Source: a bacterium (GTDB lineage: Bacteria > Myxococcota_A > Bradymonadia > Bradymonadales > Bradymonadaceae). From it: a stretch of DNA of 64,000 bases. The translations under genes were made by a program, and so were the position numbers. Of the stretch, positions 55,156-63,699 are shown piece after piece. Location of the stretch: the NCBI GenBank assembly GCA_030427705.1, contig JAUIBR010000002.1, positions 28,631 to 92,630 on the forward strand. Direction: 5' to 3'. Below the pieces are notes generated by a model that searched no databases, was not told the origin of the DNA, and saw nothing but the letters and a program-made list of their open reading frames with translations. The stretch's first letter is position 1. Each line of letters starts with the position of its first letter.

Positions 55156-56947
55156 CTGGAGTTCGAAGCCGAATCGGCGAGGCAGTCGGACTCAAGACCG
55201 CGAAGTGGAATGCGACCTGGCCTGCGCTGGAATCTCTGTAGTGCAGCACGGTGCGGTCTTGAAACGTGTTTACATACGTAAAGGAATCGTAACGTTGAGA
55301 AAACGCCGGCACATCGAGGGACGAAAATTGGAATTCGGACGCGTATTCGAGTTGGAAAAGCTTAGGTTCGACAGCCGGGTCTTTGAGCCATGCGCTAATC
55401 GTCGAGCCATCGCCAGTCATGTAGTACCTCGCGCCCAACAAGGGAAACACGCGAGACTCGCCATCATCTGGAGACGCCCCAGATTCGAGGACGTCCCATT
55501 GGCTTGCCCATCCAAAGTAGGGTTCCTTTCCACGGACAATGAGGTCGCCGACTCGGCGCAAGTGACGCGTCACCATTGGCATCGAAGTGCGCGAGGTCAA
55601 CCGCACTTCATCCCGGATCGAGTACAAATCCAACGTGCTATTCGGTTCCTGTCCGAAAGTGTCTATGCTGTGCACACTCTCACGCGTCGAGCCAATGTGA
55701 TCGAAGTTGCCGTCGATCGTACCTGCAAAGCTGAACACCCCATCGCGCAGTTTGTACACGTACAGCAGGTCGCTCTCTAGCGGGTCGAACCCAATGACCG
55801 TAAACTCGTCATACGAATGCTGAACTGTCTTCGTCAGTCGAGTAGGCGCATTCAATGTCTGTGGCGTTAGCTCGCCGTGGCGGTCTAGGACCACAATGGA
55901 GGTTTCTCCCGTGTCCGGGGCGGCTTCAAAAATGACGGTGAATCTTCCGACATTCGACGAGGAATAGACGTCGTTTCCATACGGCTCGACATTCGGTGGT
56001 GACATCTGTTCTTCCAATCGAAATTTGGATACCACTCCTGAATCCCCATCATCGAAAACAATCAAAGAATCGTCTTCTACCCACGCGCCTTTGACCTGTT
56101 CGAAGCCTTGGAACGAGATCGTACCGTCCAAAACGTCGATGCTTGATACGCCCCTGTCAGTCACAATTGCCGCATACGAAGACCTGTCGACGAACTCGAT
56201 GACCTTCCATCGGTAGTCCAGTGCGAATTCATGTAACAGTCTCGGCTGCTCTAAGTCGGACACGTCCCAGACTTGAGCAACATTTCTATCGCTCAATAAC
56301 ATCAGGTCTCCGCTGAGAGACACGTGGCCATTCAAAGTGGCAGGAATCTCTTGGACTTGGAGTCCCGCTGGCGTGAACGTCAACACACGAACCCCTTGAG
56401 GCATCGATACCCACAATCGACCTTCCGCATCACGAGCTTGCTGCCACCATCGATCGTCTTCCCGCTCGCGATAGACAAGTCTCGGTTCCTCCGGCGTAGC
56501 CAAGTGATACACCGAGGTAATCAGCTGTCTTTCGGGTCTGGTGGTGGTTCCTGAGCGTCGGACGTGACCCTGAAAATCTATCCGTGTCACCACGTAATCA
56601 TCAAAACGCTGCAGTTCGTTGACCGGGAAGCTGACATCTCGCCAGACTATTGTGGGCTCATCAGATTCGAAGTCCATTACGACCAAACCCGATTCATCGC
56701 CCAAAACCAAGTGCTTCGAATCAAACCAAACTGATGAGCTTCTTCTGAATGGTCCGGAGGGGCCACACACATTGTCTGCGAACGGCCAAGGATACTGAAC
56801 ATCATAGCTTGAATCGACGGAAACAAACTCAATCGGGTCGACCTCTATGTCCGGCACATGCTCTGGCGGCTCAACACGTTTTTCCAGAGTATCCTGCCCG
56901 CACGACGTCACGAAGAGTGCGAATAGGAAGATTGGTAGGTACTGCAT
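55079..56947 (-). CDS. secreted lipoprotein, beta-propeller-like, hypothetical (its C-terminal 45 aa look out of frame)
   Basis: MQYLPIFLFALFVTSCGQD (lipobox). Repeated beta-strand blocks. The last ~45 aa (SPTASPIRLRTPVGEGCTCSEFSGRTFGCDPQEGSGR) are low-complexity, unlike the rest. Confidence 0.65.
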   Translation of the reverse strand: MQYLPIFLFALFVTSCGQDTLEKRVEPPEHVPDIEVDPIEFVSVDSSYDVQYPWPFADNVCGPSGPFRRSSSVWFDSKHLVLGDESGLVVMDFESDEPTIVWRDVSFPVNELQRFDDYVVTRIDFQGHVRRSGTTTRPERQLITSVYHLATPEEPRLVYREREDDRWWQQARDAEGRLWVSMPQGVRVLTFTPAGLQVQEIPATLNGHVSLSGDLMLLSDRNVAQVWDVSDLEQPRLLHEFALDYRWKVIEFVDRSSYAAIVTDRGVSSIDVLDGTISFQGFEQVKGAWVEDDSLIVFDDGDSGVVSKFRLEEQMSPPNVEPYGNDVYSSSNVGRFTVIFEAAPDTGETSIVVLDRHGELTPQTLNAPTRLTKTVQHSYDEFTVIGFDPLESDLLYVYKLRDGVFSFAGTIDGNFDHIGSTRESVHSIDTFGQEPNSTLDLYSIRDEVRLTSRTSMPMVTRHLRRVGDLIVRGKEPYFGWASQWDVLESGASPDDGESRVFPLLGARYYMTGDGSTISAWLKDPAVEPKLFQLEYASEFQFSSLDVPAFSQRYDSFTYVNTFQDRTVLHYRDSSAGQVAFHFAVLSPTASPIRLRTPVGEGCTCSEFSGRTFGCDPQEGSGR

Positions 56948-57036
56948 GGCTCTCCGTTCAAAAACGAACGGTCGATGATTAAGCCAATTCCATGCCACGC
57001 TGCGCTTGCACGGAGTTTACCCACGATCAAACCCTT

Positions 57037-57100
57037 ATAAGCAGTTTAACTGAAACTGCTTATACCTTGACCTATAAGCAGTTTCACCTAAACTGCTTAT
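57037..57100. promoter_or_regulatory. two copies of a perfect 11-5-11 inverted repeat (ATAAGCAGTTT-N5-AAACTGCTTAT) abutting the ATG at 57101; TTGACC between them
   Basis: IR1 at 57037..57063 has spacer AACTG. IR2 at 57074..57100 has spacer CACCT. Centre-to-centre distance is 37 bp. Read directly from the sequence. Confidence 0.7.
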
Positions 57101-58117
57101 ATGGAGCGATTGTCGTCACCAACACAGCTACTCTACGCCGAGCTCCTGCAATCACTTCTGGTTGCAGCGAACCCGAAACGCGGCGTCTCCTTCCATACGA
57201 AAGAGGTGGATGGAAATCGCTATTGGTACATGGATTATGTGCTGGGTGAGCAGCGAAATGCCTACTACCTGGGACCTGCCGATGAAGAGTTGACGGCGCT
57301 CATCAACACGATGAAAGCCAACTGGAGCGACGACGCTCCTGACGCGAAAGCGCGGGCGAAGCTGGTCGCGATGGTCCGTGCCGGTGGTGCAACTGAGATT
57401 TCCGGCCGACATGCGCGCGTCCTTGAAGCACTGGCTCAAGCAGGAGTGTTTGCCGTTGGCGGAGTGCTCGTTGGCTCGCACGCCTTCGCGCTGATGGGCA
57501 ATATGTTGGGGGTTCGCTGGGAAAAGGCCGCCATGCGCACTCAAGATGTGGATATCGCCAAGGACTACACGATCCACGTAAACGTACCCTCGGCCGACCT
57601 ACCGCAGGCATTGGACGCCACGGAGCTTGGCTTCATTCCAGTACCGTCGCTTAACCGGAAGGCCGCATCGACATCGTTCAAGGTTCGCGGCGAGGAGCTT
57701 TCGGTCAGCGTGCTAACGCCGATGCGAGGCAAACCCGACGGCTCGCCAATCACAATTCCTGGCCTTGGCACAATGGCCGAACCACTGCGTTTTCTGGACT
57801 ACCTGCTTGAAGACACACAGCCAGCCGCTGTTCCAGTGCGACAAGGCGTGTTGGTTCAGGTGCCATCCCCTGCCCGATTCGCGCTACACAAACTCGTTGT
57901 CTCACAACGGCGACCAGCCGCGTTTGCAACGAAGTCGACCAAGGACATTCGCCAGGCTGAGTTGGTCCTCGAAGTGCTGTTGGAGGACCGTCCTGGAGAT
58001 ATCATGTTGGCGTGGGAAGCGGCTGAAATGATGCCCGCGAAGTTCATGAAAGAGCTGCAACTGGGTCTGAAGCAGTGCGCAGCTCTCATTCGCGAAGAGA
58101 TCTTGGCTCTCGGATGA
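57101..58117 (+). CDS. nucleotidyltransferase-fold protein (pol-beta superfamily-like; AbiEii/GSU2403-like), hypothetical
   Basis: LEALAQAGVFAVGGVLVGSHAF...RTQDVDIAKD fits hG[GS]...DhDh. It is similar in its local pattern to 59378..60232 (LQQALDEAGVEFLLAGGMGLYL...TSDLDVML). Preceded by the palindromic operators. Confidence 0.45.
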   Translation: MERLSSPTQLLYAELLQSLLVAANPKRGVSFHTKEVDGNRYWYMDYVLGEQRNAYYLGPADEELTALINTMKANWSDDAPDAKARAKLVAMVRAGGATEISGRHARVLEALAQAGVFAVGGVLVGSHAFALMGNMLGVRWEKAAMRTQDVDIAKDYTIHVNVPSADLPQALDATELGFIPVPSLNRKAASTSFKVRGEELSVSVLTPMRGKPDGSPITIPGLGTMAEPLRFLDYLLEDTQPAAVPVRQGVLVQVPSPARFALHKLVVSQRRPAAFATKSTKDIRQAELVLEVLLEDRPGDIMLAWEAAEMMPAKFMKELQLGLKQCAALIREEILALG

Positions 58118-58183
58118 ACAGCATCCACAGGCGCTGTTTGCTTCGCTCCTCTGTCGAAGCTACCCTTTCTCAATCCGTGACTG

Positions 58184-58882
58184 ATGTTGGGCGTACTCGT
58201 GAAACGACTTGCTTCGATACAATTGATCGCGCTTTCTTTGGTTGGCTGCGTGGACTCCCCACAAACCGACACCAAGGCTTCCGAAGGCGATTTCGACACG
58301 AAAAACGCTATTCGGTACCTAGCGCCGAACGTCGATGAAACCAGAGACCCAATGTCCGATGAGACGGCGGTGTATGACCTTTGCTCATTCACCAACGCAG
58401 ACCTGATAGCTATCGTCAGAGTAGTAGAGCCTCTTGATTTATACGTTGGCTGCCCAGACGGCACGGCGCGCGAGTACGTCACTCACCATCGAGTCAAAGT
58501 AGAAGTTGTGGAGGAATTGAGCGGGCCGATTGGGGTGGAGGAGTTTGAGTTGGGCTTTCAACACAGCCTGGGATACGAGCCAGGCAGGACCTTCCTGACC
58601 AGCATTGTGGTCGACAACAAGAATTTCTTTTCGGCTGTCGCGCTAGAGGTAGAACTGACTTCTTCAGTGCAGTCGGTGGCTCCGCCGATTGACGATTCGC
58701 CGTTCACGGTCGAACTGCCGGAGACGCTCGGCGAGCTCAAATCTCAAATGGAAGGCAACCCAACACCCACTGAGGTCTGCGAGCCGAGGGCGGCTCAATT
58801 GAGATATGACCGTTCACTCTTCGTCGGTCTGTACACAAACGACGTCGGGGATGCCTGCCAGATTTCCGAGCTTCGACCGTAG
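58184..58882 (+). CDS. secreted lipoprotein, hypothetical
   Basis: MLGVLVKRLASIQLIALSLVGCVDSPQ (lipobox). Confidence 0.6.
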   Translation: MLGVLVKRLASIQLIALSLVGCVDSPQTDTKASEGDFDTKNAIRYLAPNVDETRDPMSDETAVYDLCSFTNADLIAIVRVVEPLDLYVGCPDGTAREYVTHHRVKVEVVEELSGPIGVEEFELGFQHSLGYEPGRTFLTSIVVDNKNFFSAVALEVELTSSVQSVAPPIDDSPFTVELPETLGELKSQMEGNPTPTEVCEPRAAQLRYDRSLFVGLYTNDVGDACQISELRP

Positions 58883-58898
58883 TAAGATTCAGGACCAT

Positions 58899-59381
58899 GT
58901 GACTGTGAATAAATGCACCCAAGTATTTGTTATTTTCGCTCTATTGACTTCGTGCGCAGCAGAACCTGAATCGGCCTCGCCGATGCCCGACATGGCAATC
59001 GAGGATTCCGCACCAGATCAAGGCGATTTGGTGGACTCCGCTGATATGGTCGTGTCGTGCTACGAGCTAGACCGAGAGGAATGTCTTGCGCGAAATCAGA
59101 CCGGATGCTTGTCGCTGCTGCTTTACACCTGGAATGAGGCGGATAACTGCATTGATTACGGTTCACAGGACACCATGTGCGTTCCGGAATCGACCGTCCA
59201 AAGCAATACAGAAGCTTCCATCATTGGTCCGGATGGGGAATGCATTGTGATTTCCGAAGGTGTCTCGACGCTTCCTGGTTACCAAGTTTATCAACATGTC
59301 GGTTGCAGCTGCGATCCAGATACGAATGGCCTGCCAACGACCGAAGGCTGTGATCCGGCTCCGTCTTCATGTACGGATTAG
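58899..59381 (+). CDS. small Cys-containing lipoprotein, hypothetical (GTG start inferred)
   Basis: VTVNKCTQVFVIFALLTSCAAEPES has a lipobox. Track ORF 58806..59381 begins upstream and overlaps the previous gene; GTG at 58899 is proposed. GC drops here. Confidence 0.4.
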   Translation: MTVNKCTQVFVIFALLTSCAAEPESASPMPDMAIEDSAPDQGDLVDSADMVVSCYELDREECLARNQTGCLSLLLYTWNEADNCIDYGSQDTMCVPESTVQSNTEASIIGPDGECIVISEGVSTLPGYQVYQHVGCSCDPDTNGLPTTEGCDPAPSSCTD

Positions 59382-60232
59382 TCCTGCAGCACCGAACACG
59401 CTGCGAACAACTCGCTCAGATCCTGAATGAACTGGGGAACGTAGGTTGAGAACTCAGGGTCAGATTGAAAACTAGGGTGCTCCCTCAACCTCAGTATCCC
59501 CGGACTAGTCGGTGTGCCAAAGTTCAGACGTTGTAGATTCGCGGCCCGTTGGAGATAGTCCTGGTCGTTGTCGTCTTGCACGTGCTGTATAGCGGCCTCC
59601 CAGTCTTCCTCTCGCATGTCAGTCACGACACGAAACACGTCCAACGCATGATGGCGACCATTATCGGATTTCTCATCTGGGCTATCCTTGCGGTCCTCGA
59701 ATGCATGCAGCTTCAAGATGACATAGTTCATCGCCGATGGGATGTTCACACTCACGCCCGACCGAAACTCCAGACTCACGGGGAATTTTGAGATTCCTTG
59801 TGCTTCTTCGGTGACTCTCGCATGTATCCCACTTACGTGATGAGGACGTATTCTCGGTCCATTAATCTTCACCTGACGCCGCTCATCCACCGGCTTTGGC
59901 GCAAGAAGATCGACCTTAACCTCGATGTCATCAGCAACCTTGCGGGCGAATTGATAGTGTTTCGCTATCGACCGATACTCCATGTCGCGTAACACGCCCT
60001 TCAAAGCCTCCATCTGCGGCGCACTCACAATGACTTCTACGGTCAACATGACGTCCAAGTCCGATGTGGTGCGAGAGATCGGGCGTTTCGGATATCGTGG
60101 CGAACGCCCGGCAAGATCCAAAGAGATGTCCCGGAGATAGAGCCCCATTCCCCCGGCCAGAAGAAACTCCACGCCAGCCTCGTCGAGTGCCTGTTGCAAA
60201 ATGGCCAGCTCATCGGTCAGGTAATCAAACAC
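59378..60232 (-). CDS. nucleotidyltransferase, AbiEii-like (type IV toxin-antitoxin / abortive-infection toxin family-like)
   Basis: The GTG at 60232..60230 lies 1 nt after the stop of the upstream gene, indicating translational coupling. N-terminus VFDYLTDELAILQQALDEAGVEFLLAGGMGLYL...SDLDVML fits the hG[GS]-x(n)-[DE]h[DE]h nucleotidyltransferase signature. The longer track ORF (start 60430) overlaps the upstream gene by 197 nt. Confidence 0.5.
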   Translation of the reverse strand: MFDYLTDELAILQQALDEAGVEFLLAGGMGLYLRDISLDLAGRSPRYPKRPISRTTSDLDVMLTVEVIVSAPQMEALKGVLRDMEYRSIAKHYQFARKVADDIEVKVDLLAPKPVDERRQVKINGPRIRPHHVSGIHARVTEEAQGISKFPVSLEFRSGVSVNIPSAMNYVILKLHAFEDRKDSPDEKSDNGRHHALDVFRVVTDMREEDWEAAIQHVQDDNDQDYLQRAANLQRLNFGTPTSPGILRLREHPSFQSDPEFSTYVPQFIQDLSELFAACSVLQD

Positions 60233-60233
60233 C

Positions 60234-61277
60234 CTAGCCTCCAATTTGGCTTGGCAGGCGACGTAGTAACTCCGATGCAGTTTCCAACTCGCGCTTTCCG
60301 CCTCGGTTTCTGAGCGCGAGATAAGACTCCAAGGCCGAAGCCCATCCGTCCTTCTGGTCGAAGAACACCCACTTGTCAGGCGTCGCGATGAGCGTGGTGT
60401 TGTAAAACCGCTCGTCGACAAGGGACTCAAGCTCCTCTATTTGCTGCCATCGGTCCGCCTTTACGTAGATGTTGTTCTCCAAAGGTGGATTTGTTGCTGT
60501 GTATCGAGCCGAAGAGTCTTCCGGCGCCCTCACCCAGTTTCCTGCACCAAGTGTCCGATTCAATAGGTCATCCAATTCGTCTGGATTGATCTTCAGACGA
60601 AGCTTCTCTCCTTCACGAGGCCGCTGGTAACGCTCCTCGAGAGTTTTGAGCAATCGTTCTGCCTGAAGGATAGAAATCGCGTCCCGGCTCTTTTCAATCA
60701 TCACATCAGTGTCCAACGCCTTAAGCGCTTTGGAAACAGTCGATAGTGCGAGTGTTCCTCCATGTCGGTTGAGCGCCTCTTGGACCTCGGAGACACTGCT
60801 GTAGGTGTTCTCGTTCAGCAGCATCAACCTTGCGACCATCGATGTATCACCAGCGTAGATGTTCTTGATGGCGCGCGAATTGGGATACTTGTTTTGCCTG
60901 TCTTGCCTGACTGCGACGAAGTCGTCTCCTACCAACATGTAGTTTCCGTTTAGATCAACGGCTCCTACCCCAACGGCGTAGCGACTGAGCACTTCGATAA
61001 CACTACTTGTGAGGTATCTGACCACCACAACCCGCAAGTCTCCCTTTTGCCCCGTGGAATTCGCGTGAACTAACTCGTTTCTGAGTTCCTTAGGCCCCAC
61101 GTCCGCACGAATCTCGAAGTCAATCCTTCGACGTTGCCCCAGCCACACGATGTCAAATGCCCCCTTTGCATCAGTAAGAGTCAAGGACTTGGGATCGATG
61201 GTCAGGGGCGCTAAGAAGTCCTCAGGCTCCTCCGTTAACGCGGCCTCGAAGATTCGAACTGCTTTCTGTACTTCCAT
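60234..61277 (-). CDS. AbiEi-like partner protein with helix-turn-helix, hypothetical
   Basis: 347 aa. An HTH-like segment (SVSEVQEALNRHGGTLALSTVSKALKALD). Immediately upstream of, and coupled to, the nucleotidyltransferase gene. Confidence 0.45.
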   Translation of the reverse strand: MEVQKAVRIFEAALTEEPEDFLAPLTIDPKSLTLTDAKGAFDIVWLGQRRRIDFEIRADVGPKELRNELVHANSTGQKGDLRVVVVRYLTSSVIEVLSRYAVGVGAVDLNGNYMLVGDDFVAVRQDRQNKYPNSRAIKNIYAGDTSMVARLMLLNENTYSSVSEVQEALNRHGGTLALSTVSKALKALDTDVMIEKSRDAISILQAERLLKTLEERYQRPREGEKLRLKINPDELDDLLNRTLGAGNWVRAPEDSSARYTATNPPLENNIYVKADRWQQIEELESLVDERFYNTTLIATPDKWVFFDQKDGWASALESYLALRNRGGKRELETASELLRRLPSQIGG

Positions 61278-61400
61278 GGTTTCCCATTACTAACATTTTC
61301 CCATACGAGAAAACACCAATCATGGGAAAACACTACCACGCCATTTTCCCGTTTTAAAGATTTTCCGAGTTGAGAAAACCAATATTTCAGGAAAAACAAG
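61278..61400 (-). promoter_or_regulatory. AT-rich promoter region with reiterated TTTTCCC / GGGAAAACA / GAGAAAAC motifs upstream of the two-gene module
   Basis: GGTTTCCCATTACTAACATTTTCCCATACGAGAAAACACCAATCATGGGAAAACACTACCACGCCATTTTCCCGTTTTAAAGATTTTCCGAGTTGAGAAAACC, read directly from the sequence. Confidence 0.4.
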
Positions 61401-61482
61401 GAAAGTATGGTTCGCTGTTGTCATCGAGTCCAAGACTCGGGCTGCAGGACAGAACGTGAAGAACCATCGAAGTCAAAAGCGA

Positions 61483-62061
61483 CTAAATGCGCCCCGGAGC
61501 AACGCAAATCGTATCCAAGAAGCAAACTTGTTCGGCGCTGCAGTCATCCTGAGTCTCACATGCTGGTGCGCCATGGCAAACTCGTCGTACACAAAAGGGG
61601 GTTTCTGGCGTTGAAGCACATTCGGAGTCCAGGTCGCATTCTGGCCAGGTATATGTGCCCGCTGTTTCATTAAGCGGCCCTCTATCGTGGTCAAAGAAAC
61701 ACGCTAACTCCGGGTCGTCTTCATTCCATATGCGTCCGCAACCGGTTGAAGAGTAACACTCATCAAATGCGTTGCACTTTTCTCCCCGCGGACAGTCGGT
61801 ATCACGGTCACACGGACAGCTTTCGCCGAAACCGCAGCCCTCGGGTGTCGTGACGTCGTCTGACATGTCGGAATGTACCTCCATGTCAGCCACGCTTCCG
61901 AAGTCCAGACCTGAATCGGTGGAGTCATCGGATTCTCCGGAAGAACAACTGAACAACAGAAACACAAATATCAGGATGCTAAGGCGCAAGGCGCACTCCA
62001 ACTCAAAGCAGTTTGTTTGTGTAGCACGTCTTGGAGTGTTTCGCGCGTCGTCATTGGACAT
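61483..62061 (-). CDS. Cys-rich secreted lipoprotein, hypothetical
   Basis: LSILIFVFLLFSCSSGESDDS (lipobox), then a Cys-rich domain (CGFGESCPCDRDTDCPRGEKC...). The true start may be internal. Confidence 0.55.
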   Translation of the reverse strand: MSNDDARNTPRRATQTNCFELECALRLSILIFVFLLFSCSSGESDDSTDSGLDFGSVADMEVHSDMSDDVTTPEGCGFGESCPCDRDTDCPRGEKCNAFDECYSSTGCGRIWNEDDPELACFFDHDRGPLNETAGTYTWPECDLDSECASTPETPFCVRRVCHGAPACETQDDCSAEQVCFLDTICVAPGRI

Positions 62062-62143
62062 GTCAGGGTCTCAGTGGCAGTGTCACCTGTCTGCTTCACA
62101 GGATAACGGGTGAGAAGTGTTTAAACTCAACTGTTTGCATTTC

Positions 62144-62674
62144 ATGGCAATCTCTCTTGTAGCCCTCGTCGGATGTGCCGGGAAGCAAACACCTCACGTG
62201 TCTCCGGCGCGTGGGACTACCACGATAGATTTTGCCAAGTGTGTGGCCGAAGATCCAAATCGGTGTCCCGTCCGAACCTATGGCAACCTGCCTATTCCGC
62301 GGCGCGTTACGGGTCGTGCAATACATGTTCGGTTTGGCCTCGGAGATCATGAGATCGGGCGGGAGTTCGAATGCGTCGAGGGTGAGGTCCGAGCCTTCAC
62401 TCAAAACGAGCTTGTTTTTGTTTGTGGACCAGAATTGGTCGAGTTCACGGTATTTGTGCAAGATGGAAAACGGTCCGACTTGTCCTTTCATGAAGGACAC
62501 GTCGCAGATCCAAGTTTCACCATCTTCGTTGCCTCGGGAGTGGTAGAATATCGAACAGAACTTGCATCGGAATGCGCACGATTTGATTTAACTTACAGAA
62601 ACGCGGCGGTTCGCACGGCAAAACCTGTTGTTTTCACGCCAGTAAACCAGAAGCCGATAACCTGCGAGTTTTGA
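62144..62674 (+). CDS. lipoprotein, hypothetical (conflicts with the minus ORF 62096..62500)
   Basis: MAISLVALVGCAGKQTPH is a classic lipobox. An antisense ORF of similar quality overlaps; see findings. Confidence 0.35.
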   Translation: MAISLVALVGCAGKQTPHVSPARGTTTIDFAKCVAEDPNRCPVRTYGNLPIPRRVTGRAIHVRFGLGDHEIGREFECVEGEVRAFTQNELVFVCGPELVEFTVFVQDGKRSDLSFHEGHVADPSFTIFVASGVVEYRTELASECARFDLTYRNAAVRTAKPVVFTPVNQKPITCEF

Positions 62675-62879
62675 GATTCCGCGACGGCCGGCGAGGCTTC
62701 TGTATCGCGGTCCGCTTGAATCGACTGCGACGTTCAACGACCGACGGCCATGACGACGAGACCTTCAGCAGCGTTACGTGAAGAGAGGATTAATGTGCCG
62801 TCTGGAGGTTCAATGGTTTTTCAGATTCTTACCCGAAGCCTCAGTGTTAGGCCCGAATTTTCGGCTTGTTAGTCGCACT

Positions 62880-63326
62880 TCACTCCCAGAACCATGTCAC
62901 CTCGTAAGCGTGCTCGACTACCTGCTCGTACACATCCACCATTGTCTGGGCAAATGCGAGCGTTTCAGGAGCGACAACCATCCTCATCTCAGGGACGTCG
63001 GGATTCGCCCGCGCATCCCTGATAGCGCTCAGTCCATCGCGCAACAGCTGCAACGTTTCCGGCGGATTTGGATCGGTCCACTGTTCAATCCATCCAGCAT
63101 CCGTGTGGTAGAATAGAGCAAAACCCGTGAACTCGCCTGAAGGGGGAGTGTAGACTTTCATGAGAGCGTTCAACCAAGCCTCCCATGCGCTTACCACCAC
63201 CGCTTTGGCCCCATCTCTAATGACGACAACCCTGATTTCTGATTCACCCTCATATCCGGAATAGAAATCATGATAATCGTCGCTCTTCTGCTTGTTCTTT
63301 TTGTTCTTCCTGTTCCATTTCACCAT
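62880..63326 (-). CDS. hypothetical protein with Lys-rich N-terminus
   Basis: 148 aa (MVKWNRKNKKNKQKSDDYHDFYSGYEGESEIRVVVIRDG...). Codon pattern is reasonable. The overlapping plus ORF 62778..63116 is Arg-rich and implausible. Confidence 0.45.
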   Translation of the reverse strand: MVKWNRKNKKNKQKSDDYHDFYSGYEGESEIRVVVIRDGAKAVVVSAWEAWLNALMKVYTPPSGEFTGFALFYHTDAGWIEQWTDPNPPETLQLLRDGLSAIRDARANPDVPEMRMVVAPETLAFAQTMVDVYEQVVEHAYEVTWFWE

Positions 63327-63699
63327 AACATCCTCTTGGAAGACGAGGTTTATCCGTCCGACTCAAGAGAGCTAATTAACTTCGGCCTCACCACGCGTTT
63401 CTTCAGCTCGCTTTTTCTGTCATTTGTTCCGGAGTGTGGATCGATCGCCCGAAATCAGGGAGAAGAAGCTACTCCATTTGGCTTGGAAACCACGAAGAAA
63501 CGCTTGGAGTGTCGGTGAGTTTCCAGCCACGCCAATCGGCCCCAGCCTATACGAACACATAATACAGTATCTCAGAAGATAAAAACTGCCGCCAAACACT
63601 GATACAAACACCCGAAAGTTCTTCGGTTTCATTGGTTGGCATGAATCTCGCTCAGAACGAGTCAACCCCCATTCCACGGAGAAGGACTTGAAATCTGCA

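Noticed and set aside
61407-61673. 88-aa plus ORF.
   Set aside because: It overlaps the C-terminal half of the Cys-rich lipoprotein gene 61483..62061 and has an Arg/Cys-rich odd composition.
62778-63116. 112-aa plus ORF.
   Set aside because: It overlaps the more plausible minus-strand gene 62880..63326 and is Arg-rich and implausible.
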